From NCBI GenBank assembly GCA_963693365.1, contig CAVNZM010000001.1, positions 5,348,907 to 5,412,906 on the forward strand: DNA of 64,000 nt. The letters are read 5' to 3'. The DNA is from Amoebidium appalachense (Eukaryota > Protista > Ichthyosporea). Positions 32,684 to 44,381 of this stretch are shown piece by piece. Under the pieces are notes generated by a model. It was given only the letters and a program-made list of their open reading frames with translations. It was not told the origin of the DNA and searched no databases. The number at the start of each line of letters is the position of its first letter. The first letter of the stretch is position 1. The position numbers and the translations under genes are program-made.

Positions 32684-34341
32684 ACACACTACCACCACCA
32701 CCACCCACCCATCTCTCTGATGTTTGCTTGTGCCCCCACAGTCGCTGCTCGAACACGCCCAAAATGGCTGTCTGTCGGACCCCCCCGGCCTGCCCCTCTA
32801 CTACGAGACCACTGCCGACGCAGATGGGCTCATGCGCTACCGCTGCATCCGGGGCACCAACGAGGTGGAGGGGGCAGTGCACAACCCCCTGGCCACCCAC
32901 TTTGGGGCCACACGCATGTCGCTGCGCCTGCTGGACGCCACCATGTCCAATAGGCGCCACCGCCACAACCTGCGTGCACACTACCGCAACCGCCTGGGCC
33001 AGGCATCGGGGCCCCCCCACTACAGCCCCTGGATTGTTGACGACATGGAGGCACTGGCGCTGATGCTGTACGGCCATCACCTCGACCCCCAGTGGGTACC
33101 CGTAGGCTGCTACAAGCTACCGGAGGAGTACTTCAACTTTGCCCCGCTCTCCTGTGTGGCCAATGCCCCGGCGCAGGAGCCAGTTGCGGTGCCCGCACCC
33201 CCACCTCCGTCTGATAACATCGAGCCTGCAGCCAATGGCGTGATGGGCGGGCCAGAGGACTGTGAGGTCGAGGAGGGTGACGGTGCTGCCATGGGGGGGG
33301 GCAACCAGGTGGCGCGTGGTGCACCACAGCCGGACCCTGCACTGAGGGGCGACTACAAGTTCCTGGCGCAGAAGCAACATGTGGCCATCCCCTTCCTTCC
33401 GGTGCTTACCCCTCAGGAGCGCAAGCTATTCAGCACGCTGCTCCTGGGCACCTACAAGGCACATGCAAAGCCCAACGGCCAGCTGTTCGAGGCTTTGGCC
33501 CAAGACTTCAACAAGGCTGCCTCTGTGGCTGGGGGAATCTACATGAAGGATGCGGCCTACATCAAGAAGCATTTCGACAAGTGGAAGACCTGGCAGACGG
33601 CACATGCACAGCGCTCCACACACGAGGGCCTGGCAGATCACCGCAAGCGTATGCGCGAGGAGAGGGCAGACGCTGTGCCAGCAACCATACGGCCTGCCCC
33701 CTTGCCACCCCCTCCCTGTTCCAGACGGTGTCGATGCAGGGGCGCAGCGTGAGCGGCCCTTGCCCATGCTAGTGGGCAAAAAGCATCGCAACATTGGCCC
33801 TGAGGGGCCCCTGCAGATGGATTTGCCGGTGCCCCCTCCTATGCAGCCACCCCAGAGAGCCCCCAAGACCTGCAAGACGTGTGGCCGCCAGGGCAAGGGC
33901 TGCCCCGGCTCCAATCGGGCCAAGAGCTGCCCACGTTGGGTTGCAGCCAATCAGGATGCCATGCCACCAGCACCCGCGCTTGACATGCAGCAGGGCCATG
34001 TGCCGCACATGCCCCCTGCACCCCATCCAGGCCCGCACCACCCACATGGCTGGCCCCCACCGTGGGGCATCATGCCGCCTCAGCCCGGCCCTGCCTTCCC
34101 CATGCCTGGGCTACTGCCGCAGCACGGTCCCCATCCTTACTTGGGCCATGTGGGCCAGCCCTCGGCTGGTGGGCAGTTCCCACCCCCTTCTCGTGCATCT
34201 GCTGTGCTGGGCCTGGCGTTGCCACCTGCTGGAGAGACGCAGCTGCAATGGCACGATCGAAAGCAAAGTAATCGTGGCCGCAAGTCTGCAGGCAGCCAAT
34301 CAGGATCTCAGAGTAGTCAGAGTAGCCAAACTAGTGTCTAA
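26368..34341 (+). CDS. Spliced DDE transposase-like protein (DxxH group; DUF6729-like N-terminus) with an inserted DEDDy WRN-type 3'-5' exonuclease
   Basis: Exons 26368-27517, 28500-28688, 29680-30510, 30975-31615, 32101-32307 and 32742-34341 join in phase; there is one apparent frameshift in a C run near 33710. Motifs: AT-hook-like GGAREGAGRKKK; Cys/His region; KADHTF (D1); FYTDRCC (D2); exonuclease GLDCEW / QIGTD / YAALDA; NDAFH (DxxH); GCLSDP; RCIRGTNEVEG (E); C-terminal CKTC...CPG...C. TIRs not found. Confidence 0.75.
29310..29592. repeat. Degenerate G-rich minisatellite (about 40-bp unit, gggcacatgggtttgggggg...)
   Basis: The cacatgggttt core, or a close variant, recurs about five times in an intron. 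Confidence 0.7.
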
Positions 34342-34427
34342 TATTGGAATGTACACCAATGTAACGGATCTCATATGTGTTGTAGTGCTTCAAGTTATAC
34401 CTGTTCTTCGTACAGTCATGTTAGGGG

Positions 34428-34461
<34 letters not shown>

Positions 34462-34787
34462 CTAGCTTTCATTCCGAAGTTTACTGTAAAGAATTAAAAT
34501 TTAGAATCTGAGTAATAGTACAGAGCCTTTGCACTTTTCTCTGTTTGTTAGGAATTCTTTGTGATCGAGAGTATGGTGTGTTAGACTATTGGTGTTAATG
34601 TGTCCTGGAAGGTGTATAATGTCTGCTGGCCGTAGTCAGTATCTATTTTTAGGTATATAGTATATTTTTAAATGTTGGCCGCTGGCCAATAAATAGCAAA
34701 TAATAAACACACGATAAAGTCAACAGCGTGCCAAAAAACTAATCCCCAGCGAGCGCACCCAGTGATGTGTGTGTGTGTGTGTGTGTC

Positions 34788-34857
<70 letters not shown>

Positions 34858-36186
34858 CGCGCGTGCGTGCGTGTGTGTGTGTGTGTGCGTGCGTGCGTGC
34901 GTGTGTGCGTGTGTGCGTGTGTGCGTGTGTGCGTGTGTGTGTGTGAGTGTGTGTGTGTGTGTGTGTATGTGTGGTGTGGTGTGTGCGCGGCTTGTACATA
35001 TGTACGTGTTCATGTGCACCTGTGTCGGACCTACGAAGTACATGAAAGTAAATTTTGACAGCATCGATCTGCCGGTGTGTATGTGTATGTGTGCCAGTGC
35101 AGCAGGTGTGCCTTGTAACTGATAGCTTCGCATTTTACGTGTGTGTATATATAGTAGTACGCATAGACACTTGCTGATCATTCGGATCGACATTAATATT
35201 TAATCTGTCGGTCCTCGGTTTTTTGAGTGAATGATGATCAAGTGTAAGAGCATTCACTTGGCAAGTATTAATGTTGCAGAGGCTAGCTGCAGCTGCAAGC
35301 GTCGGGTGCACACTGACAATTGTCTTTTCAGCGAGTCTAACCTGCAGGCAGCAGCTGCACACATATAGGGTTGTTATCTTGCGGCACATGCACGGTGATC
35401 ATTTCAGAGTAATAGAGTTCAGAGCAATGAAAATAATGAAAATAACTAAACTTTGTGACTACTTTAAAGTTGCTGAGATCATACGTGGTGCAAGCTGCAC
35501 TATGAACACATGTATAGTGCTAGTAATTAATACATTTTTGTTGCCTTCTGCAGGGTTATCGTAGCTACGTCACGGCCTGCACTCAGGGGGGGGGGGGGGG
35601 GGAGGAGGGGGGGATGATTCGAAGGGGGTATAAATAAGAACATGCACCTAAAGGTCTTTCCCGTGGATCCTCCCCCCTCCCCCCCCCCCCCACCTCTCCC
35701 TCCCCCGGGGCCCCATACTATGATATCTAGGCCCAATATTATATGCCCCTTCCCCCCCCCCCCCCCCTCCCCTCTCCGGATCCCCGGACCCCACTTCCCT
35801 ACCCGGAGGCTCAAGAGCTCCCCCCTTCCCCCTTCCCCCCCCCCCCCCTCCCCCCCCCCCCCAAGGCTTACGGGGGCCCTTCTTCATCGAGGGGGAGGGG
35901 GTGGGGGTGGGGGGGTGGGGGGAGGGGGTGGGGGGGAGGGAAGTGGAAGGCGGGGGTGGATGCATGTCAGCCTAGGTGAATTCAATTGTTTAACTCCAGT
36001 GTGCAGGACTGGTCTGAAGGCTTAAGAAAACAACGAGGAAATGGGGTCCAGTGGAGGTGGTGGTGGTGTTCTGTGTGTGTGTGTACACGTGCACGTATGT
36101 GTGTGGTTTTTTTAAGGGGTGAGTGGTGGTGGTGGTGGTGGTGGTGGTCACCGTGGTGGTGGTGTGTGTGTCTGGTGTGTGTGTGT

Positions 36187-36231
<45 letters not shown>

Positions 36232-38502
36232 TAGAAAGAAAAACTGCTCGTGGGTCACTGTTTTTCGTCACTGTATTTGTAACGGGCCGCTCATATTTAT
36301 ATAACTACTTTAATTTAAGTACACGTGTTCATTATCATATACGATGGCCAAATATAGAAATTTTGGCGTCGAAGTTCTTGGAGCTAAAAAAACGTTTAAA
36401 AGGGGGAAATAATAGCTTGGCCCCAAATTTACCTTGCCGTTTTTAGCGAATGTATTTTTTATTCATGAGTTCTAGTGATTCAGTGAGTGCACGTGCCTGC
36501 CTCAGGCTGATCATGACAACTGCAACACACCATTCCTACATGGATATCAACCAAAAGAAAATAGTATATACTGTGGTGGTCTCCTAAACCTTGTGCGGCA
36601 TGCGCATACATGATATTACAGTGACGCATGTGCATATTATTGTTCTGTACACCGGAGTGTGCCGGTGCACGTGGCTGTTTTGTGCACATGTTACAATAGC
36701 AGCACGATCTCCCTAAACTCCATGTTTACACATCCCTCACCCTGGCTCTGCCTTGTCGGTGCTCCAAAACACACATACAAATCCCCCTAGACTCAGTGCC
36801 TGCACATGGTCGCATTCACGTGCAGGTCACGTGACACATGCGATGCCATACTGCCGTCTACAGCAACAACCACGGCAGCATGTATACCGGCCCAGCACGA
36901 AATATACTTATCGGCAGCCCACTGAACTCGCCCATTTTCTCTTTTTCATGTATGTCCCTCCTTTTTTGTAAAATCACCCTTTTTGGCCTCCCGGTAGTGG
37001 ATTTTGCAGGATTTGACTTCTTTGAGGTCCAAAAACCTCAAATTTTCCCCGGCGGGGCCGGGGAGGGAGAATTCAAAAATTGCCCGCTCCTGATATGGTA
37101 CCCGGGCCGGAATTGCGGCAATTCCCTTGTTTTTCAATTCTTGTGTGATATCGACCACAACCTTATTTAAGTGACCCGACAAATGACTTCAAGTGCAGTG
37201 CATCGGGTACATAAGCAAGTTCTATTTTATTAGTATGACGTTACTATCTCTCTTAACCTGTGCGTTCCGGCCACGTGCATCGCCATCTGGCACTGCACCA
37301 CGCACGCACACCCACCCACCTACACTTTACCCATGTCACCGCTTATGCACGTGCACACACAATTTCATGGGGACCATGGCCACCAGCGCCTACATAGGTC
37401 ACAATGCCGTCTACCCCCCCCCCCCCCCCCCCCCCCCCCCGGCCCCCGCGCAGCCCCCCCTCCAGCCACATATGAACATACACAAATGTGTGCGTACGTA
37501 TGCACTCTCCACTACACCAACATGTGCATATGCGCACCAAACTCACTCCACCTGCATGGTCAACGACCCACTCGTGATGTGCACGGGTACGTCAACTGAC
37601 AAATCCACCAATAGGTATGCACACACCGCTGCCGCGCAAAAGAATAATGCAGGCATCCCACCATACGTTCGATGAGAGGCCCCCCCGGCCCACCCGGATG
37701 CATATACCCCCCCCCCCCCCCCCCCAAAAAAAAAAAAAATAAAATAAAATAAATAAATAAATAATAAAAATAAATAATAAAAAGGCACAAACAAACCCCA
37801 AAATTCCTCAGTTTGATATATCTGTAACTTGTGTGCAATCCGTAAGTGCGCACATGCACCAACTGCAATGACGGGTAGAGAGGTGGTTCATGACAATATA
37901 TATGCATTGGAATACAGGTTAGGTTGGTAATCGCGATCAACAGAGGCTGTGGGCCAAATAATATATTGATAGCGGGGAGGTACATAACAAGGGGGGGGGG
38001 GGGGGGGGGGGGTGGAGGTTGGCTTCCGGATGCACCGTGACAAATTTTTCTTGTCAGCCTCTGCCACAAACAAACACAACAATTAAATTGGCTTCAAAAA
38101 AATCTCCCATAGATTGATGACACGTTGGTCATTTTTCGTAGACAGCCACCCGCAACTCCATCCCATATGCCGTTGGCTTTACCAAACCTGTTTGTTGCAG
38201 AAAAAGCAGAGTTATTCTTTTGCTAAACACACCAGAAAATTTGGTGCTGTGTGGCCCTGCTGTCTTGTTCAGATGAAGCACTACTTGCACTTGGGTTAGG
38301 CAGGAAGACGGCAGATGCAGGCATGGCGGGACAAGCAGAAGCCGGTGGAACCTGGGCAGAGGCACTACAGGTAGACCTCAGGCACCAGGCCCAAGAACGA
38401 AACAGAGCCAAGGCGGACATTTGTTTTGAAGCTCCCAGGCAGCCTTGGTCGGCTTGGTGCTGAAACGGCCGAGGTAGCCAATGGCATATGAGATGTCAGG
38501 CC

Positions 38503-39267
38503 TGTTGGACATTGTGTTCATAGAAGCTAGTTCTAGTGCACGTTGTTCCTTCTGTAAGTCAGAAATGATTGCATCTTGTGAGGCCAACCTCTGCTCCAGT
38601 AGTTGGACTAGTTGCTGCAACTGTAAGTTGTCAGACATAGTGTCGTGTATGATGGGTAACTAGTCTATGTGTTTTGTGCACTGGAAACGACAGTAGAAAA
38701 GTGTAAATCAAACGTTCTGCTTCCCATGTTTGTGACATGGGAGGCACTGCTTTATATAGTCGTTGGCCACCTCATGGTGGCCTCGTGTGCACCCTGGTGG
38801 TGGGCCATGTACAGCATGGCCGAAAAGAGAGCACAATGAAAACAAGTCGTTAAAGATATAAAAGTTAACTGTGCACGTTGAGTGGCTAGTTAACTTGCAC
38901 TAAAGCACACAAATAAACGTGTTTAACACACCAATTGCAGTTAAACGTAAATCTTGCTTCACACAACTAAAAATATTCTGAGAATATCCGGGAATAAAGC
39001 ACACTACCACTCTAAGAATAGAATCCTGTGGCAAATATAGACATGACATCATCTGAACCGGGAATATTAATTAATGAGCACAATTAGCACGTTGCTAGTG
39101 AAGCTCGTCATTGGTACAGTTTTGGCTCAAACATATAACTACCATATATGAATATGACCGTAAACAAAAGCTCTATGCACTCGAGTGAGTGTTGAAACAG
39201 TTATTCAATTGCTCAGAAACTTTCTCTAACAGACATTGCTAGCCGGGAGTACCAGTGTACTCCAACA
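38503..39267 (-). repeat. 3' LTR
   Basis: Direct repeat of 43617-44381 with TG...CA ends. Confidence 0.98.
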
Positions 39268-39453
39268 CCCCTACTCAATTGGATAATTGTGGTATGAATT
39301 AATGCAACTGAGCTCGAGTGCTTCAGGTGCACAAAATACAGACAATAAAGATTCCCCTACTCAATTTTAGTATGGTACACGTAGTTGCACAGTCGGATGC
39401 AACTCTCTCCCCCCCCCTGAAGTATGAGGGCGCAGTTGGTTGATGACGGGTGC

Positions 39454-42400
39454 TCAGCACATGTTGAGCATCCCCACGGCCTTGGTGAAGAAAGAGGCAG
39501 ACAGGGCCTTGGTGAACATGTCGGCCTTGTTGTCAGCAGAAGCCACCGGGACCACAGTGATGTTGCCCAGCAGGTGATGTTCCTTGACGGAGCAGTAGCG
39601 GACGTCGATGTGCTTGGTCTTGGGCTTAACCCCCAGGGTGTCCAGCAGGGCCCGGGCAGACTCATTGTCCCCATGGATGGGCACCGGGGTGGGCTCATTG
39701 ATAGGATTAAGGCCCAGGTCGTCCATCACATAGTTGAGCCATAGGGCCTCGTTCGTAGCAGCAGACATGGCCACAAATTCAGCCTCAGTGGAGCTGTGGG
39801 TGGTGATGGACTGGAGCCGAGACACCCAGGACACAGGGGAGGAGTTTATGAAGAAGACATAGCCCGTGGTGGAGCGCCGGGTGTCGCGGTCCTCGGCGTA
39901 GTCGGAGTCGGAGTAGCCAACAAGGTTGGGGGGGCCGGGACGGTAGACAATACCCAGGTCGATGGTGGCCAGCAGGTAGCTTACAACTCTGGTAGCCATA
40001 GTCCAGTGGGTGACGGTGGGCGCATGAATGTGTCGAGTAAGGACTCCCAGAGCCTGGGAAATGTCGGGGCGGGTGGTACGCGCAATCCACAGCAGGGCAC
40101 CGACCAGGCTGGCATAGTCCTCCTTCTTGCTGTAGGCTGGGGTCTTGTTGCTTTCACTGGCCTGGCCCGGGACGATGGGGGTCTTGGTGCCGGACATGTG
40201 GGTGAGACGAAAACGGGCAGCCAAGTCGATGATGTGTTGACGATGGCCCAGACGCAGAGACCCGTCCTCCAGCCAGGTAAGAGTGTGCCCGATGAGCAGG
40301 GTAGGACGACCCAGGTCCTTGGCAGAGAAACGAGCATCCAGCTTGGTGAAAAAATCGTCGATGAGCGCATCAGTGGCGGCCGTCACGGTGAAGTCATCCA
40401 CGTAGGCAGCAAGGGCAATAAATGTTGGGGTCCCGGCATTCTTGATGAACAGGCACGGGTCAGCAGCACTCACAATGAAGCCTTGGTCGAGGAGATGGTC
40501 ACGGAGGGCCTCATACCACTGGCGCGGTGCCTGTTTTAGGCCGTAGAGCGCCTTGTGGAGCAAGCCGACAGCATGGGGGGCCGAGGGGTTGACGAAGCCA
40601 GGGGGCTGCTCAATGTAGATGGTCTCGTTGACGGTGCCGTTAAGGAATGCTGTGTTGACGTCGATGTGGCGCAGAGGCAGACCTTGGGCCACGGAGGTAG
40701 CCAAAACCAGCCGGATGGTAGCCAGCGCAGCCACAGGTGACTCGGTGACGAAATAGTCCTGGCCAGGCTGCTGGTAGTTGCCCCGGGCCACAAGCCGGGC
40801 CTTGAAAGCAGTGACGTTGCCGACGTTGTCCTGCTTGACCGTAAAGACCCAGCCGACCGGAATGACAGTGGAGCCATCCTCTGGACGGGGCACAAGGGTG
40901 AAGGTGCCGTTGTCTTCCAGGGCCTTGAGCTCACGGTGTGCAGCCTCCTCCCATTTCAGACGCTGGGGACTCTTGAGTGCAGCCCGGACAGTCTTGGGGA
41001 CAACAATGGTGGAAGCCTTGATGGGTGTTGATGCAGGAGCCGTAGCCTGGGGGGCAAGGGGGGCCGTAGCAGCAGCCACGTTGGCAGTCGGGCCTCGACG
41101 TTGGTCGTTGTACACAGCGCCACTACGGGTCGTCCGGGGGAGCCGATGTGCAGGCTCGGGCAGGATCGGAATGTCCAATTGATCACTCGGCGCTGTCCCA
41201 TTGGCTGACAGACGAGACGAATCAGATTGCTGATCATTCCGGACGATGTGATTGGCTGGCTGATTTGACGAATCAGATGACTCCAAAAAATGATGAATTG
41301 CCGGTGCGGTCGACCAATCAGATGGGACATCACGGAGGGGGTGCAGAATAGCAGCCTCGTCGAACTGCACGTCACGGCTGACGGTCATCTTGTGTGCTGC
41401 TGGAATCCAGACCTTGTAGCCCTTGATGTTAGGAGGGTAGCCCACGAAGATGCCCTTGACGGCACGAGGCGCCAGTTTCGGTGTATCCTGTTGATGGACG
41501 TAGCAGGGAGAGCCCCAGACACGGAGCCGGCTGTAGTCGGGAGGAATGCCGGTCCACAGCAGGGCGGGAGACGATTGGCTGCCGGTGGCTCGCGACGGGA
41601 GCATGTTGCGTATAAAAGCCGCGGTCACAGCTGCCTCGGCCCAGAATCCCACCGGAAGGCCGGACTGCTGCAGGAGTGCCCGAACCATGTCGAGGAGGGT
41701 CCGGTTCAGTCGTTCGGCAGTCCCATTCTGTTGAGGAGAGCCGGTGGTAGTGATCTGATGGCGAATGCCATGCTCACGGTTGTAGTCCCCGAAGGCCGTG
41801 CCCATGTACTCGCCCCCCCCGTCGGACTGAAACACCTGCATGGGAACACCGTGTTGGGTAACCGCCGCCTTGTGGTACGTCACATATGCAGCCAGTGTGT
41901 CCGACTTCTTGACGAGGGGCACGGCCGTGGTGTGGCCGGTGAATTCGTCGTGGAACGTCGCCAAGTACTGAGCACCACCGATCGCGGGAGGGAAGGGGCC
42001 GCTGATGTCGCTGTGAACCTTGGCTAGGACCCGGGGAGCTTGGCTAGTTGATTCGGAGAAGGCAACACGGTGGGCTTTGCCGAGGGCACAGGGCTCACAC
42101 ACACCCGGAGACTTGGCACCGCCACCCACCAACAGGCCTGCAGACTTGATGACCGAGCGTACAGCGTCAATGCCAGCATGGCCCAGACGGTAGTGCCACG
42201 TGTTGAGGTCGGCAGTAACCTTGAGGATACGCGGAGCAGTGGTGGTTTGGGCGTCCGGGGTTGTGTCCGCGCGCAGAAGAGACACCGCCATGTGGTACAG
42301 CTTGGTGCCGACAGCCGAGCCGGTGGCCAGAATTTGATCGCCGTAGCACAACTTAACGCCGCCGCGGGTGTCAAAGCGGGGTAAAACACCGTTGGTAGTT

Positions 42401-43752
42401 GCCGTGAACACACTGATGAGAGTGTCGGGGATGGAGGGCACGTAGAGTACATCCGTCAGCTGATGCACCGCAGTAACGCCGTCGATGGTGCTGGAAAAGA
42501 ACACGTCGCCCACCCCAAGCACTGCACATGCACCCTTGTCGGCTACTTGGACCGTGGAGTAAGGCGCCGCACGCATGTTGATGAACACATCGGGCCGGGG
42601 GCACACATGGTCAGTGGCTCCAGAGTCGAGGAGCACCTTGTTGGTGCCACAGTCGTTGCTAGACATGAGGAAAGCCCGGGGAGCGGCAGCCCCCCCCTTG
42701 CACTGTGCCGTAGTGTGGGTAGTAGAGGCAGGGTGGTTGATGCAGGACCCAGGCAGGAGGGGACCACCCTTAGGTTTGCGGCCGTTGGCACGGTTGCCCC
42801 CCTTGCACATGGCGGTAGTGTGACTGGTAGACAGTGGGTGGTTGACGCAGGAACCCTTGGGGTAGGTGCTGGCACGGTTGTTGCCAGAGTTGCTGTGTTG
42901 GCCGTTGCCGTTGGGGCACTGAGACTTGATGTGGCCTGGTTTGCCGCAGCCGTGGCAGATGACAGGTTGAGGAGCCCGTGTGGTGAAGGCGGCCGGCCCG
43001 GAGCTGGTAGTCACACGTGCACGTGGGTGGCTGGTCTCATATGCCCGTAGCTGTTGGAGGAGGCCCATCACGGTAGGCTTGGGTGTCATCTTGTAGGCAA
43101 TTACAGGCATTTCGTAGTAAGGCACCTTGCCGAGGTCGTTGGTGAGCTTGGTCAGCACTTGAGCATCACCAATTTGTGTGCCGTAATCGGCCAGGCGCCG
43201 CACGTAGCCGCGGAGTTTCATGGCGTATTTCGTCGCGGTGTCCGTAGGTTCAGGCGTAGAATTCATGTACAGCCCGATAAGGTCGTACTGATTGGCCTCA
43301 GATTGCTCCAGGTAGTGGGCAGATAGGGCCGACCATATCTCCGCAGGTGTGGTGGTGCGTGTTAACCCTAGGATACAACGCACGTCAATCGAGAGTGCTT
43401 GCCACAGGTAGGAACGGGCAGTGTCGACCTGTTCACGGGTAGCCGGGTGCTCCGTACTGGGCGCGATGGTGTGGAGAAGACCAGCACCAGAAAGCTGGAC
43501 ATACATGGTTTCGGCCCATGTGTGGTAGTCCGTGCCTGAATCATTATCAATGCCAGTGAAGAGAGGGATGTCGACCTTGAACTTGATGGAATCATTACGT
43601 GAGGGGCCCATAACCCTGTTGGACATTGTGTTCATAGAAGCTAGTTCTAGTGCACGTTGTTCCTTCTGTAAGTCAGAAATGATTGCATCTTGTGAGGCCA
43701 ACCTCTGCTCCAGTAGTTGGACTAGTTGCTGCAACTGTAAGTTGTCAGACAT
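39454..43752 (-). CDS. Copia gag-pol polyprotein (1432 aa)
   Basis: CCHC knuckle CHGCGKPGHIKSQC; protease LLDSGATDH; integrase WHYRLGH...CEPC, HSDISGP, SDGGGEY, QQNGTAERLNRT; RT KARLVARG, LYGLKQAP, YVDD; RNase H YSDSD, STEAEF, ADMFTKAL. Confidence 0.98.
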   Translation of the reverse strand: MSDNLQLQQLVQLLEQRLASQDAIISDLQKEQRALELASMNTMSNRVMGPSRNDSIKFKVDIPLFTGIDNDSGTDYHTWAETMYVQLSGAGLLHTIAPSTEHPATREQVDTARSYLWQALSIDVRCILGLTRTTTPAEIWSALSAHYLEQSEANQYDLIGLYMNSTPEPTDTATKYAMKLRGYVRRLADYGTQIGDAQVLTKLTNDLGKVPYYEMPVIAYKMTPKPTVMGLLQQLRAYETSHPRARVTTSSGPAAFTTRAPQPVICHGCGKPGHIKSQCPNGNGQHSNSGNNRASTYPKGSCVNHPLSTSHTTAMCKGGNRANGRKPKGGPLLPGSCINHPASTTHTTAQCKGGAAAPRAFLMSSNDCGTNKVLLDSGATDHVCPRPDVFINMRAAPYSTVQVADKGACAVLGVGDVFFSSTIDGVTAVHQLTDVLYVPSIPDTLISVFTATTNGVLPRFDTRGGVKLCYGDQILATGSAVGTKLYHMAVSLLRADTTPDAQTTTAPRILKVTADLNTWHYRLGHAGIDAVRSVIKSAGLLVGGGAKSPGVCEPCALGKAHRVAFSESTSQAPRVLAKVHSDISGPFPPAIGGAQYLATFHDEFTGHTTAVPLVKKSDTLAAYVTYHKAAVTQHGVPMQVFQSDGGGEYMGTAFGDYNREHGIRHQITTTGSPQQNGTAERLNRTLLDMVRALLQQSGLPVGFWAEAAVTAAFIRNMLPSRATGSQSSPALLWTGIPPDYSRLRVWGSPCYVHQQDTPKLAPRAVKGIFVGYPPNIKGYKVWIPAAHKMTVSRDVQFDEAAILHPLRDVPSDWSTAPAIHHFLESSDSSNQPANHIVRNDQQSDSSRLSANGTAPSDQLDIPILPEPAHRLPRTTRSGAVYNDQRRGPTANVAAATAPLAPQATAPASTPIKASTIVVPKTVRAALKSPQRLKWEEAAHRELKALEDNGTFTLVPRPEDGSTVIPVGWVFTVKQDNVGNVTAFKARLVARGNYQQPGQDYFVTESPVAALATIRLVLATSVAQGLPLRHIDVNTAFLNGTVNETIYIEQPPGFVNPSAPHAVGLLHKALYGLKQAPRQWYEALRDHLLDQGFIVSAADPCLFIKNAGTPTFIALAAYVDDFTVTAATDALIDDFFTKLDARFSAKDLGRPTLLIGHTLTWLEDGSLRLGHRQHIIDLAARFRLTHMSGTKTPIVPGQASESNKTPAYSKKEDYASLVGALLWIARTTRPDISQALGVLTRHIHAPTVTHWTMATRVVSYLLATIDLGIVYRPGPPNLVGYSDSDYAEDRDTRRSTTGYVFFINSSPVSWVSRLQSITTHSSTEAEFVAMSAATNEALWLNYVMDDLGLNPINEPTPVPIHGDNESARALLDTLGVKPKTKHIDVRYCSVKEHHLLGNITVVPVASADNKADMFTKALSASFFTKAVGMLNMC

Positions 43753-44381
43753 AGTGTCGTGTATGATGGGTAACTAGTCTATGTGTTTTGTGCACTGGAA
43801 ACGACAGTAGAAAAGTGTAAATCAAACGTTCTGCTTCCCATGTTTGTGACATGGGAGGCACTGCTTTATATAGTCGTTGGCCACCTCATGGTGGCCTCGT
43901 GTGCACCCTGGTGGTGGGCCATGTACAGCATGGCCGAAAAGAGAGCACAATGAAAACAAGTCGTTAAAGATATAAAAGTTAACTGTGCACGTTGAGTGGC
44001 TAGTTAACTTGCACTAAAGCACACAAATAAACGTGTTTAACACACCAATTGCAGTTAAACGTAAATCTTGCTTCACACAACTAAAAATATTCTGAGAATA
44101 TCCGGGAATAAAGCACACTACCACTCTAAGAATAGAATCCTGTGGCAAATATAGACATGACATCATCTGAACCGGGAATATTAATTAATGAGCACAATTA
44201 GCACGTTGCTAGTGAAGCTCGTCATTGGTACAGTTTTGGCTCAAACATATAACTACCATATATGAATATGACCGTAAACAAAAGCTCTATGCACTCGAGT
44301 GAGTGTTGAAACAGTTATTCAATTGCTCAGAAACTTTCTCTAACAGACATTGCTAGCCGGGAGTACCAGTGTACTCCAACA
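43617..44381 (-). repeat. 5' LTR (contains the gag start codon at 43752)
   Basis: Direct repeat of 38503-39267. TATA-like TATATAAA on the - strand near 43865-43872. Confidence 0.98.

Larger units (their letters stand above)
38503..44381 (-). mobile_element. Full-length Ty1/copia LTR retrotransposon
   Basis: LTRs 38503-39267 and 43617-44381 (765 bp each, TGTTGGA...TCCAACA, no differences noticed by eye). TSD AGGCC at 38498-38502 and 44382-44386. PBS GGTTATGGGCCC next to the 5' LTR. PPT-like GAGTAGGGG before the 3' LTR. Confidence 0.98.

Noticed and set aside
24100-38130. Terminal inverted repeats for the transposase-like gene
   Set aside because: No convincing inverted pair found by eye. A 13-bp direct match (gatgacacgttgg, about 22870 and 38116) is too short to define ends.
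38378-38638. Independent 86-aa gene
   Set aside because: Chimera of the gag start in the 3' LTR and the interrupted older RT.
39424-43326. Antisense and alternative-frame ORFs over the copia (and similarly over the transposase exons)
   Set aside because: Shadow ORFs of GC-rich coding sequence with no recognisable motifs.
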